Below are positions 36,301-45,815 of a stretch of DNA of 64,000 nucleotides, piece after piece (within the stretch, counting starts at the first letter, position 1; every line of letters begins with the position of its first letter). The DNA is taken from the sequence record LC592711.1, one strand, 5' to 3'. The notes beneath the pieces were generated by a model. The model worked only from the letters and a program-made list of their open reading frames with translations. It was not told where the DNA came from and searched no databases. Both the position numbers and the translations under genes were made by a program.

Positions 36301-37356
36301 CCCTTGGCGCCCTTCAAGCTGGCGAGCCATGCGGTGAGGTTGCCAACAAAGCCTTGTGCGACAGCATCTTGGTATGCCGAATTGCCGTGCAGCGAAAGCA
36401 GCCACGTGGGTTCATCGCCAACGAAACCATCGGCCACAGCTACTTCGTATGCCGACTTACCATTGGTACCTGCTGCACCCGTTGCGCCATCGGCGCCTTT
36501 GAGGCTTGCAAGCCACTGCGTGAGTGTGCCGACATAACCCTGAGCCACTGCGTCCTGATACGCGGAATTACCCGTCGCACCAGCAGCGCCTGCCCTGAGC
36601 CACTGCGTCCTGATACGCGGAATTACCCGTCGCACCAGCAGCGCCTGCGGCACCAGTGTCGCCCTTCGGGCCTTTGATGACAGCACCAGCAGGCCATGCA
36701 CCGCCCGCTTTCGGACCGTAGAACGTGAACGTACCCGGATCGTAGGCATAGTCGCCATTCTGACCCACACCAGCAGCAGGCGCGCCACTCGTCGTGATCA
36801 GTGTGTTGCCGTTCGTACCAGCAGCACCGGTATTACCGGTATCGCCTTTCGCACCTTTCAGTACGACGCCTGCCGGCCATGCGCCTGCGGACTTCGGACC
36901 ATAGATGGTCGAGGTGGCTGCATCGAATGCGAGGTCGCCGTTGTTACCGACGCCTGCTGCCGGAGCACCACTGGTAGCGATGATGGTCTTACCATCTGCG
37001 CCTGCAGCGCCAGTTGCACCTGCGGCACCTGCCGTACCGGTAGCACCCTTGAGAGATGCCACCCACGCTGCTTCAGTGCCAACGAAGCCTTGGTCGAGTG
37101 CCGACTGGTAAGCGGACTTACCGTTTGCACCCACGAGGCTTGCCAGCCATTGTGCCTGAGTTCCAGCATAACCCGCGTCTTGTGCGACTTGATAGGCCGA
37201 CTTACCATTAGCCGCAACGCCGCTCAGCGGCACCTTCTGGCTGCTGGTCTGTCCGACCACGTGAACTTCGATGTACGAGTTCGCGAGATCGATTTGGCCA
37301 GTCAGTGGGTCGAGCTGGAGGATGGTTTTACCCACCACATTTGTCGAATCCGTCAT
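33327..37356 (-). CDS. Collagen-like tail fibre protein, split by a frameshifting 55-bp duplication (1324 aa if one copy is removed)
   Basis: Gly-X-Y runs alternating with about 10 SAYxxAVxxGFxGTxxxWLASLxG repeats; track ORFs 36568..37356 and 33327..36788 join in frame after deleting 55 nt. Confidence 0.82.
36538..36647. repeat. Exact 55-bp tandem duplication
   Basis: CCCTGAGCCACTGCG...CAGCAGCGCCTG at 36538-36592 and 36593-36647. Confidence 0.95.
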
Positions 37357-37409
37357 GGACCGCTCCCATTTCCTGTAAAAAATTATCTATCGATTGCGAA
37401 AAAAAAATG

Positions 37410-38468
37410 CTACGCGTAGACCCGCGGAACCCCGTCCGCACGCACGCGATAACTTCCGTCACCAACCAGGCGAACGTTCGCAGGCATATTCGACTGGTAG
37501 TTGACCTTCAGGGTGTAAGTGCCCGACAGCCAAGCGAGAGACGTCTTTTTAAACGTGATCGGATATTCGCTAGCGCCCGGCTGGAAAGCCGTATTTTCGA
37601 TGTCATCTGCGGTGAGTTGCAGGTTGAGGGCAGCGTTGATCTGATCGAGTATGCTGTATACCGTGAAGGCTTCGTTGGGCACCGTCACCGACGGAATGAT
37701 ACCGTCTGTGAATTGGTCATTGATCGTAGCAGGACTGACGCGAGTGATATACAACCACTGATCCACATACCCTTGCTTATGCGCATACACATAAACTCGG
37801 GTATTGCGTCCGGCAGGAGCGACAGACACCGTTTCGATAGCACCGAAATCGAAGTCAATCATCTCTTGCCAACTCACGGCGTTATCGTGGTTGGCAATGC
37901 TCGTCAGTTGCGCTTTTTTGTCGGCCTGAATGCTGGTCGCGGAAAGGAAACCAAACAGCAGGTAATTCGGGTACAACAGGTTTTTCTTACCGCCGCCGAG
38001 GACATTGATGTAACGCCATCCTGTCCAGATTTTCGAAGTCGGCTTTGCGGTGATGACGAAGTCGTCATCCATTGTGGTATACTCGGTATTTTCCAGATCG
38101 TTTTCCGTCAGCCGGACACCCAGCTGCTGGTTGATCTGGTCGAGTATGTCATACGTTTTGAAAGGAATTGCGAGAGGCTGGATAATCGAGTTATCTACGA
38201 CCCGCAGTGCCGCGAGAGGAATCCGGTGATAGAGAAAACCGGTTTCATTCGGGAACATGCGATGATCGAACTTCGGGTTGATCTTCGCAGGAATGTATGC
38301 GTTGGGATCGTCTTCGATGTCGGGACGCTGGTCCAGTTCCTGAGGAGTACCGAATACCACCATGGGCGGCGGCAGTTTGTACTTGTTCGAAACGTAAACC
38401 AGGTCGCAGAGAATTTCATCCTCCGGACGATCGAAGTCGTATGTCAAGATGAACTGGAAGATCGACAT
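37410..38468 (-). CDS. Virion structural protein with two internal repeats (tail-fibre associated)
   Basis: ILDQINQQLGVRLTENDLENT / ILDQINAALNLQLTADDIENT duplicated module; upstream of tail fibre. Confidence 0.65.
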   Translation of the reverse strand: MSIFQFILTYDFDRPEDEILCDLVYVSNKYKLPPPMVVFGTPQELDQRPDIEDDPNAYIPAKINPKFDHRMFPNETGFLYHRIPLAALRVVDNSIIQPLAIPFKTYDILDQINQQLGVRLTENDLENTEYTTMDDDFVITAKPTSKIWTGWRYINVLGGGKKNLLYPNYLLFGFLSATSIQADKKAQLTSIANHDNAVSWQEMIDFDFGAIETVSVAPAGRNTRVYVYAHKQGYVDQWLYITRVSPATINDQFTDGIIPSVTVPNEAFTVYSILDQINAALNLQLTADDIENTAFQPGASEYPITFKKTSLAWLSGTYTLKVNYQSNMPANVRLVGDGSYRVRADGVPRVYA

Positions 38469-38538
38469 ATGACTCCGTTCTGGGTTAAAAAATCAAAAAA
38501 AAATATACTCGGCTCAAACGATTAATACCGCAGACATA

Positions 38539-38564
38539 CTATCCGGGACCGAAGTCCCGGATAG
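38539..38564 (-). terminator. Stem-loop, UUCG loop
   Basis: CTATCCGGGAC-cgaa-GTCCCGGATAG. Confidence 0.68.
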
Positions 38565-38581
38565 CATTCATGCAGTTTTAC

Positions 38582-38902
38582 TTAGCGGGAATGCGCCATC
38601 GTCCGATGCACAGGACGCACTGGTGCGAGTCCGGCGTACGAATACAGATGCGTCGGATCGATTCCTGCCATCTTGGCATGGTGGAACAGTTCCGTGATCA
38701 CTTCCGGCGTCATCTTCGGAGCGTGAGTATGGCCCTTGAAGAAGAACGAGATGGTGATCGGATTGCGTGCGCCTTCCTTGAGCCAGGTGCCGACGATCGC
38801 GCCATGCTCACCCTTGCCTGCTGCTTCCGGTCCGAACAGAACTTCGTACTTGTTTTGACGGTCGGTGTTGATGAAACCCAGTTTGCCCAGAATCGTTTTC
38901 AT
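38582..38902 (-). CDS. Hypothetical protein
   Basis: Start moved to MKTILG (AAAGGA RBS, TTTTAAAA box). Confidence 0.62.
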   Translation of the reverse strand: MKTILGKLGFINTDRQNKYEVLFGPEAAGKGEHGAIVGTWLKEGARNPITISFFFKGHTHAPKMTPEVITELFHHAKMAGIDPTHLYSYAGLAPVRPVHRTMAHSR

Positions 38903-38961
38903 TTGGAATATCCTTTCAGTCATTTTAAAAAGTAGGGGACCGTAGTCCCCCGGTATACTAC

Positions 38962-39336
38962 TTACGACGCGACGTTGCCGTCCTTGTCGTAATACTGCGC
39001 CCGCGGGTGACCCTTGAACGTCACCCACCAACCAGGTTTATCGTCCCTGGCGTACGGAGCCAGATTCTCCTGTTCGATATCCACGAACTTGAGAACCTCT
39101 TCCAGATCCCGAGCCTTGAAAATCGGAATCCACTCACTGGTCGTATACAGATACTGCCAGATAGTATCTTTCAAACCAGGCAGAGCCAGCATCTGCTCGA
39201 TCGTCAGGTCGCTATCCTGGATCGTAGCCGTCTGACCCTGATACTCAAACTGAAGGAATGCAGAGTCTTTCAGAATGAGATGGTTCTGTACCTGCTCAAG
39301 TGTATAAAACGCATTCATACGCGGCATTTCACGCAT
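38962..39336 (-). CDS. Hypothetical protein
   Basis: 124-aa ORF with AGGAG RBS. Confidence 0.62.
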   Translation of the reverse strand: MREMPRMNAFYTLEQVQNHLILKDSAFLQFEYQGQTATIQDSDLTIEQMLALPGLKDTIWQYLYTTSEWIPIFKARDLEEVLKFVDIEQENLAPYARDDKPGWWVTFKGHPRAQYYDKDGNVAS

Positions 39337-39399
39337 GGTGTTGCTCTCCTAAAAGGTTATAAGCGGGAGCAGGAATTGTTCCCATTTTGGCCCAACTGT

Positions 39400-39888
39400 T
39401 TACATCCCGTACTTCACGAGGAAGTCGTCGAACTGACGGAAGAACTCTCCACGGATATAAGTAACACCATGGAACTCCCGCGCGCTAATCCGAGATTCCG
39501 GATCTTTGCGATACGCTTGTAACATGATCTCACTGATCATACCTTCGCAGCGGCGCGCGAAATCTCTGGAATACGGAGCATCGAAACCGAAATAACTCAG
39601 TACTGCCAGATAGGCATTGACTTCGAATTCGTCACGAAAACCATCGTGATAAAATTCTTCCGTATGAGCCTGACCGATGAAACGACTCGACATCAGCCAT
39701 TTGTCGACCGTGACCTTCGCCAGTTCGAAAGTCCTCATATCGTCGTTTCGTTCAGCGAAAGCCTGGAAACGAAGATCGATTTGCTGATTGTCGAAATGAC
39801 TTCGTGGATGCTGAGCGTTCATCGACCTCAGAACTTCGCCGTCGTAAACAACATGAACCACGTACTTCTTATCCATTACAAACTCCAT
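39400..39888 (-). CDS. Hypothetical protein
   Basis: First gene after promoter at 39932; real start may be the second Met. Confidence 0.65.
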   Translation of the reverse strand: MEFVMDKKYVVHVVYDGEVLRSMNAQHPRSHFDNQQIDLRFQAFAERNDDMRTFELAKVTVDKWLMSSRFIGQAHTEEFYHDGFRDEFEVNAYLAVLSYFGFDAPYSRDFARRCEGMISEIMLQAYRKDPESRISAREFHGVTYIRGEFFRQFDDFLVKYGM

Positions 39889-39931
39889 TGTAAAAGGAAG
39901 TTCAAAGCCTTTGATTGGCTTTATCCTTTTC

Positions 39932-39940
39932 GTTATATAT
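39932..39940 (-). promoter_or_regulatory. Putative early promoter core ATATATAAC
   Basis: TTTTTCAAAG-ATATATAAC. Confidence 0.6.
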
Positions 39941-39966
39941 CTTTGAAAAAATCTAAAGCGGCATAC

Positions 39967-39997
39967 GACGAGGATAGGGCTTTCGCCCTATCCTGTC
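39967..39997 (-). terminator. Stem-loop, GAAA loop
   Basis: AGGATAGGGC-tttc-GCCCTATCCT. Confidence 0.68.
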
Positions 39998-40003
39998 TTT
40001 CGT

Positions 40004-41386
40004 TTAGTCCAACCCTGTCAGACCAGCCTGATTGGGATCGTCCGCTTTCACGAAGATCACCATTGCGACGAATGAACGATAGCCATTTGCCATCAGGCCC
40101 TTGCCGTTCATCTTGGTTTGGATGTGCGCTTTCAACAACACGCCATTGACTTCTTTCACTTCACCCTGATCGAGGAACATGATCTTCACGTTCAGACCAG
40201 GCTTGATGATTTCGGGATTAGCGTTTTCCCATTCGAGCGTGTAGAAGTGTCCTTGTCCACGAGCGAGTCGAGAAGTCGCCAGATACGGATTTGCCGTAAT
40301 CCCTTCAGGCGAGAGTCGAACATTGTTCTTTCCGTTAGGAGCTTGCTCACCAACGAATTCATTGTTGTTCTGACTACGCCTAGCCAACGCCGTATTGTTG
40401 CCGCCCTTGGAGAATCCTTGGACGATCTGGTTAGCATCTGCGAACATGACGCCATTACCAGCATTGTCCTGAATCTGACTCTTGTCGGATTCGATCTTCT
40501 TGTTACCCGTCGACAGAATGGTCGTGATGCCATTTTGCGTAAGGTAAGTCTTCTCAACCTGGGGAAAGCGCTTGGCAGGAACTGAGATGATGATCAGCTT
40601 TTCCTTCGCCTCATCAAAGCCTGCGGTGTCGTACGGCGGATACACGTACCAGATACGCTCATGAACAAACTGAGCCATACCGGTCGGGAAGATACCACCG
40701 CACTTGGTTTGAACGTAGTCCGCCAGATCCGAGAGCATGACGCCGTGATCGATCACGACCTGGCTTTGCTTATCGGTAGCTGCTGACGGATGCATGTTCA
40801 CGCCCAGGAGCTTATTGTCGTCATCGACTTCCAGCTGACCGCAGTTCATCGTGATCAGGTGCTTGACGAGATCTGCATTGGTCGTGTTGGTAAAGTTACC
40901 ACCCACACTCACTTTACTGATGTCATCAAGCAACTTGGGTTTTAGCTGAATATCGACTTCAACGAAGTCAAGCAGGTTCTGAACCTCTCGACTCAAATTC
41001 TCGTTGTTGTTATCTTCCGACATGAAGGGACGAGCCTTCGGATCGATAGACACATTAAACGTTTCGACAGTCACCGATCCAGCAGCATCGGATTTGTCGT
41101 AACTGGTAGGATTGAGCAATTCTGTTTTCAGAATGAACTCAAGATTACCTTTGGCTGGATAAACGAAAGCCGTATAGTCACCCAACATCATGACCACACG
41201 AATCATCTTCACCGCGCCATAGTTCAGTTCGTAGTCAGCATGCTCGTCGATGTCCGTAATCTTGATCACGTCATACGTCTGCGTGCCAACCTTGAACTGT
41301 CCCGTATAGCTGTAGAAGTTAGGCTGGAAGCTGGAATTCAATACCCGCTGGATATCAAAGTCCAATGGAGAGCTGTCGATGTTCAT
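40004..41386 (-). CDS. Putative virion structural (baseplate/tail) protein
   Basis: 460 aa in the structural block; assignment from context and phiKZ-like synteny. Confidence 0.55.
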   Translation of the reverse strand: MNIDSSPLDFDIQRVLNSSFQPNFYSYTGQFKVGTQTYDVIKITDIDEHADYELNYGAVKMIRVVMMLGDYTAFVYPAKGNLEFILKTELLNPTSYDKSDAAGSVTVETFNVSIDPKARPFMSEDNNNENLSREVQNLLDFVEVDIQLKPKLLDDISKVSVGGNFTNTTNADLVKHLITMNCGQLEVDDDNKLLGVNMHPSAATDKQSQVVIDHGVMLSDLADYVQTKCGGIFPTGMAQFVHERIWYVYPPYDTAGFDEAKEKLIIISVPAKRFPQVEKTYLTQNGITTILSTGNKKIESDKSQIQDNAGNGVMFADANQIVQGFSKGGNNTALARRSQNNNEFVGEQAPNGKNNVRLSPEGITANPYLATSRLARGQGHFYTLEWENANPEIIKPGLNVKIMFLDQGEVKEVNGVLLKAHIQTKMNGKGLMANGYRSFVAMVIFVKADDPNQAGLTGLD

Positions 41387-42087
41387 TGAATACGTCCGTG
41401 AATACCTGAACGATCCATGTACGACAAGAAGATGTCGCGCATGGATGGACGCTCCGGCAACTTCTTCTCTTCCACATTTTCCGGCTTGGGCTGATCGGTA
41501 ACCGGTACTGTCGAGTACTTGTTGCGAACGGTGTACTGATCCTGCTTTGCCTTGCCTCGATCCCTGACGCGTTTGTCGACTGCATCGAACATTGCGTTGA
41601 GGTTGACGATTTCTCTTTGAAGACCTTCCGGAATAAACGTGCGAGCAAACTCTTCGCCATACTCATGACCAGCGTACTGATACACGGCTTCAGCGAATTC
41701 GTCGATCTGCACGAGATCTTCAAACGGCACATTGTGGTTGAACACAGTCGACTGGATGCGTTTAGCCCAATCGAACGTATAGTCCTGGCAGATCTCGTAG
41801 ATCGCTTTCGTATCGTCACGTTTAACGATACTGACCATTGTGTGTTCGTGATAGTACTCCACCATCTGAGCGATGGGAATGTACACGGGAGCCTGCTGCT
41901 TCATGAGCTCCCGGTCTACGTTTTGATTACCCGATGTGTGCAGGCCGTAGCGTTCAAGGTACGCCGTACCAAAACGAGCAATACGAGGTACCTTGCACAA
42001 CCAGACCCGCCCCCACAACGGATACCGAGGATCATCGAAAGGGATGCTACTCGGGTTAGGTGCGGGGCGTTTCTTTTGTTCCGTCAT
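41383..42087 (-). CDS. Conserved-type hypothetical protein of the structural block
   Basis: 234 aa, overlapping stop/start coupling on both sides. Confidence 0.6.
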   Translation of the reverse strand: MTEQKKRPAPNPSSIPFDDPRYPLWGRVWLCKVPRIARFGTAYLERYGLHTSGNQNVDRELMKQQAPVYIPIAQMVEYYHEHTMVSIVKRDDTKAIYEICQDYTFDWAKRIQSTVFNHNVPFEDLVQIDEFAEAVYQYAGHEYGEEFARTFIPEGLQREIVNLNAMFDAVDKRVRDRGKAKQDQYTVRNKYSTVPVTDQPKPENVEEKKLPERPSMRDIFLSYMDRSGIHGRIQ

Positions 42088-43433
42088 AGCCTTCTGAGGT
42101 TGTACTTGATCAGCAACAGGAGAAGCGGAATGTAGTAGAACCGTTCCACATGTCCCCAGTTGAGAATGTCGTCACACACTTTCAGAATATCGCCAGCGGC
42201 GATAATTTTAAAGTCGATGTAATCCAGCAGCAAACTTTCGAGCAACGACAGATTCGTGTTGTCGCGCGTATAGAAGGCGCTGGAGAGGACGTAGCCGTTG
42301 TCCATGTCGATGGGCTTGATGATGGGCATCGGAGCGATGGAGCCATCCGTAGGCGGCGTGGGAGGCACGTACGCAGGCATTGTCGACTTGATGTTGACCG
42401 GAAGCAGAGGTTTCTGGATTTCCTTGGCCATCATGAAGTCAACGTTCGTCTTCGGATCGACCGGATACACGACTTGAGCAATGCCCGAGTAGCGCATCGA
42501 AGCGAGAAGTGCCGAACGATGGAAGTTCACGCGCGACGTAACACCGGTCTTCGTGTAGATGAAGTTCATCAACTTCGGGTCACGATTGGATAGCATCGTC
42601 CACAGACTCATGGACGAAATCGCGCCATCGTCACCGATGTTCAATTCACGAATCGACTGGATATGAACATCATCGAATGAGTTCATGATCGACTTGACGA
42701 AATCGACCAACCCATGATCGTAAGTCGGCACGTCTTGCATCGGCACGACAATCGTCATGTACTCGCGACTGAAATACTGGTTGAAGTACAACTGGATGTA
42801 GTCGTACCAGTAGCCGGCCAACTTCTTGCTGTTCTGATAGTCGTCCTCAACGAGCAAGGGATTCTGCAGGTTAAGCAGGAAGTCCTTGACGAAGTAGTAG
42901 GTTACGATCGTCTTCTGATCCAGGTCGAAGATACGAGTCTGATCATTGATCGCAATCAGCTGATATTCGATCTGGTGGGCATGGTCCACGAAGATCTGCA
43001 TCGCCTGCACTTTCGTGACCTTGAAAATACCTTCACGGCCATCAGCAATGCCAGCGCGGAACATGTCACCTTCCTGAGGAACCAGGAAAGGATAGACGTT
43101 CGCCATACCCTGCATCGTCATTTCGTTGGTTTGCGGATCTTGAGAAACCTGCGTCAAGTCCTGCGTCACTTTCAGTTCCATCGACCAGATGCGACGGTAC
43201 TGTTGGAGAACAGCAGGCAAGGACGTATCCTGGCCTTTGATCTCACTATTCTTGTCGAGGATCTGTGAGTAGTAATCCACTACCCACGGCGAGCCTTCGA
43301 TATACGCAAGCAGATCGCTCTGAGGCGTATATTCGGTATCGATGACAGCGGTCTTCACACCCGGCTTGAAAGGACGGACAATGTCCTGTCTGGGCTGGGT
43401 AGGAGCCTTGTCGGTATCTGTCCAAAGCGGCAT
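42084..43433 (-). CDS. Putative virion structural protein
   Basis: 449 aa; structural block context. Confidence 0.6.
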   Translation of the reverse strand: MPLWTDTDKAPTQPRQDIVRPFKPGVKTAVIDTEYTPQSDLLAYIEGSPWVVDYYSQILDKNSEIKGQDTSLPAVLQQYRRIWSMELKVTQDLTQVSQDPQTNEMTMQGMANVYPFLVPQEGDMFRAGIADGREGIFKVTKVQAMQIFVDHAHQIEYQLIAINDQTRIFDLDQKTIVTYYFVKDFLLNLQNPLLVEDDYQNSKKLAGYWYDYIQLYFNQYFSREYMTIVVPMQDVPTYDHGLVDFVKSIMNSFDDVHIQSIRELNIGDDGAISSMSLWTMLSNRDPKLMNFIYTKTGVTSRVNFHRSALLASMRYSGIAQVVYPVDPKTNVDFMMAKEIQKPLLPVNIKSTMPAYVPPTPPTDGSIAPMPIIKPIDMDNGYVLSSAFYTRDNTNLSLLESLLLDYIDFKIIAAGDILKVCDDILNWGHVERFYYIPLLLLLIKYNLRRL

Positions 43434-43442
43434 TGCGTCCTC

Positions 43443-45008
43443 TTATTTCTTCGATTGGAACACGCCATTGACAGTGCTGAACTGCACGGTCTTCATGGCA
43501 CGATTGATGGTTCGGCCTTTGAGACATTCAGCGAATGAGTCATAGGTACGCGGTGTCAAGCCGTTAGCGATGATGTTATCGCACGGACGATAGTTACCGG
43601 CAGTCGTCGGTGCAATGTACTGAACGATCTGATCGAACGCACAGCGGGCATTGCGAAGACGAGCTTTCGCATCTTCCGTGATGTAGGTCAGGTCAGTGGT
43701 CACCGAAATACGCAGATGCCAGACCTTACGCTTATTGAGAGGCTGAGTCGAATAGATGTTCAGATTCTCATCCATGCGAATCCAGGTAGGATCTACCAGC
43801 AGTCGACCCATGTAAAGGGCCACGTTCACCGCAGACTGTCGAGGCTTTGTCACATACTGGGCTTCCGCTGCCATGAACTGCTTCATGCAGTCACTGAACT
43901 GGAAACCATACGAATCCGCTTCGAGATCCGTCAGGTTCATGAGCAGGTTCGGATCCATTCCCGCTGCCACCTGATCGTCAGTCGGCAACAGAACGAGAGT
44001 CGTGACCATGCGCATCGTTCTCTCAGGAACATTGCGAGGCATAAACTCATCGAACGTCGGGAAGTAACGCCCCGGGAAATCCTGATAGACAGGATTCACA
44101 TTCTGCATCGACTCGAACGACTTCAGATGCGCCATCGACCAGCTACGCGATTGCTGGTGATCTTGCAAACGCTGAAAGCCTGTTTCGTTCCGGAACTTCT
44201 TGCTCAGGATCTGATTGTGAATCGAGATCGGATACATGAAGTGAATGTCCTTCGGCTTTTCGTAACGCAGCACGTAAGGAATTTCCACTTCCCACACATC
44301 CGTCTCATCTTTACGCTGACCGAAGTCAGGCTCAGAGCCGATGTCAAAGAAGCCAAGACAACGCATCTGGGTTTCCTTGAAGACACCCAATGTGTTCTTT
44401 CCTGCCTGATCCGTCAATAGACCATAGCGGGGATTGACCCATTTCTGGAAGAACGTGTCAAAGTCCTCACCATAGCCTGCTACAGCTTCCTGGAGGCGAT
44501 GGATCTCTCTGAGGATGACCATGTAGGACTCCGGCATCGCAAACGAATACTGAAGCGTATGGAGCCACGTATCCTCACGATTGGGGATCTTCATGATCAT
44601 GTAATCGTACCAGCGACGAGCATCCGTCTTGTTCTTGGCACGATAGTGGATCGTGAACTTCATTTCCACCGATGCATAAATCGGACGCATCTCGATTTCG
44701 AGGTCACGATTCAGAAAGAGCGGAATTTGTTCAGGTTGTTTGGTCACCATTGCAGGCAGCCAATCATTGACATAGTTCTCCGTGATTTCGATGAAGATCT
44801 TGTCAGTCGTCGGCAGGCGAATGGTTTCGTATTTGTTCGAGATGTAGCCATGAGGCTGAGCGACCGTATCCGCATAACCCGGATAGTTGATATTCATGTC
44901 TGCAGGCAGACCGAGTCGATCGATCAGAATTTCCTGGACCGTGGCTACAGCGATGGCACGACTCACCGACTGATCGGATTCCAGGATAGGTCTTTGAATC
45001 TTGGGCAT
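43443..45008 (-). CDS. Putative virion structural protein
   Basis: 521 aa; structural block context. Confidence 0.6.
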   Translation of the reverse strand: MPKIQRPILESDQSVSRAIAVATVQEILIDRLGLPADMNINYPGYADTVAQPHGYISNKYETIRLPTTDKIFIEITENYVNDWLPAMVTKQPEQIPLFLNRDLEIEMRPIYASVEMKFTIHYRAKNKTDARRWYDYMIMKIPNREDTWLHTLQYSFAMPESYMVILREIHRLQEAVAGYGEDFDTFFQKWVNPRYGLLTDQAGKNTLGVFKETQMRCLGFFDIGSEPDFGQRKDETDVWEVEIPYVLRYEKPKDIHFMYPISIHNQILSKKFRNETGFQRLQDHQQSRSWSMAHLKSFESMQNVNPVYQDFPGRYFPTFDEFMPRNVPERTMRMVTTLVLLPTDDQVAAGMDPNLLMNLTDLEADSYGFQFSDCMKQFMAAEAQYVTKPRQSAVNVALYMGRLLVDPTWIRMDENLNIYSTQPLNKRKVWHLRISVTTDLTYITEDAKARLRNARCAFDQIVQYIAPTTAGNYRPCDNIIANGLTPRTYDSFAECLKGRTINRAMKTVQFSTVNGVFQSKK

Positions 45009-45042
45009 AAGTTGTCCAGTGTTGGTTCTATGTCAAAAGATG

Positions 45043-45459
45043 TCACTCGTTTCGCTGCATGTATTCAGGCAGATCGGGAAACGGCAAGATCTTTCCTTTC
45101 AATTCGTGCGAACAGTCGCCCAGGAAATACACTTCTCCCGGTTTAGCTCCGTTGCAACCTACCCAGGTATGGCACTGCTGACATTCGAAGTCACGCTCGT
45201 CTTCAGGATGCTTCTCATTAAACGTACACCAGCAATCATCCCCAGGTTTGTGGGAATCCATGTAATGTCCAGAACGAGTCAGGACGCTCGGACCGAAGAC
45301 GGGTTTGTTCACGTCTCCATTCCACGTCCAGTTCTGACCCGGAGGACCACCTTGAGTCGTGATCTGGTGACAAGTCTGACAACCCTGACACCAATAGGTC
45401 AAACCACTACGACCGCGATTGTCGGACCAGCTACGAAGTTTTGAAGACAGAAGTCCCAT
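45043..45459 (-). CDS. DUF6527-like Cys/His-rich protein
   Basis: YWCQGCQTCH, WTWNGDVNKPVFGPSVL, CHTW, FLGDCSHELKG pattern. Confidence 0.6.
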   Translation of the reverse strand: MGLLSSKLRSWSDNRGRSGLTYWCQGCQTCHQITTQGGPPGQNWTWNGDVNKPVFGPSVLTRSGHYMDSHKPGDDCWCTFNEKHPEDERDFECQQCHTWVGCNGAKPGEVYFLGDCSHELKGKILPFPDLPEYMQRNE

Positions 45460-45494
45460 GATGTTCTCAATAAAGATTAACCAAAGGATCAACA

Positions 45495-45522
45495 CTACCA
45501 GTAGCCTTTCGGCTACTGGTAG
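45495..45522 (-). terminator. 12-bp stem-loop, GAAA loop
   Basis: CTACCAGTAGCC-tttc-GGCTACTGGTAG. Confidence 0.68.
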
Positions 45523-45534
45523 AGGATCTGCTGT

Positions 45535-45813
45535 TTAGTCGTCGTGACCACGAGTACGTTCGCGGAAGGAACTGTGTCCCGTCATGCGGGCTTTCAGATC
45601 CTTGTTGCTGCTGCTGCCCGTACCGTAAGCATCGTTGATGGTCCTGACTGCACGTACGGCCGCATGGCCGACGTTCTTGGCCGAGCCCACCACTGCTTCC
45701 TTGACGTCATGCGCGGCGTTCTTCACACCTTGCTTGGCGTTTTCCTTGGTGTCCTGCCACGAGCTCAAGGAAACCTGGCTCTTACGCGGTTTGTCGATCT
45801 GATAGAAGCCCAT
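45535..45813 (-). CDS. Small hydrophilic protein, possible head component
   Basis: 92 aa coupled to head-protein gene; LEA-like helical repeats. Confidence 0.55.
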   Translation of the reverse strand: MGFYQIDKPRKSQVSLSSWQDTKENAKQGVKNAAHDVKEAVVGSAKNVGHAAVRAVRTINDAYGTGSSSNKDLKARMTGHSSFRERTRGHDD

Positions 45814-45815
45814 GA

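Noticed and set aside
33327-36788. Track start MARLLLVWVRM for the tail fibre
   Set aside because: The first ~65 residues are an off-frame reading created by the 55-bp duplication; the true start is 37356
33327-37356. Repeats as CRISPR array or diversity-generating retroelement template
   Set aside because: Repeats are in-frame protein modules with synonymous divergence; no spacers, no reverse transcriptase and no adenine-specific variant pair seen
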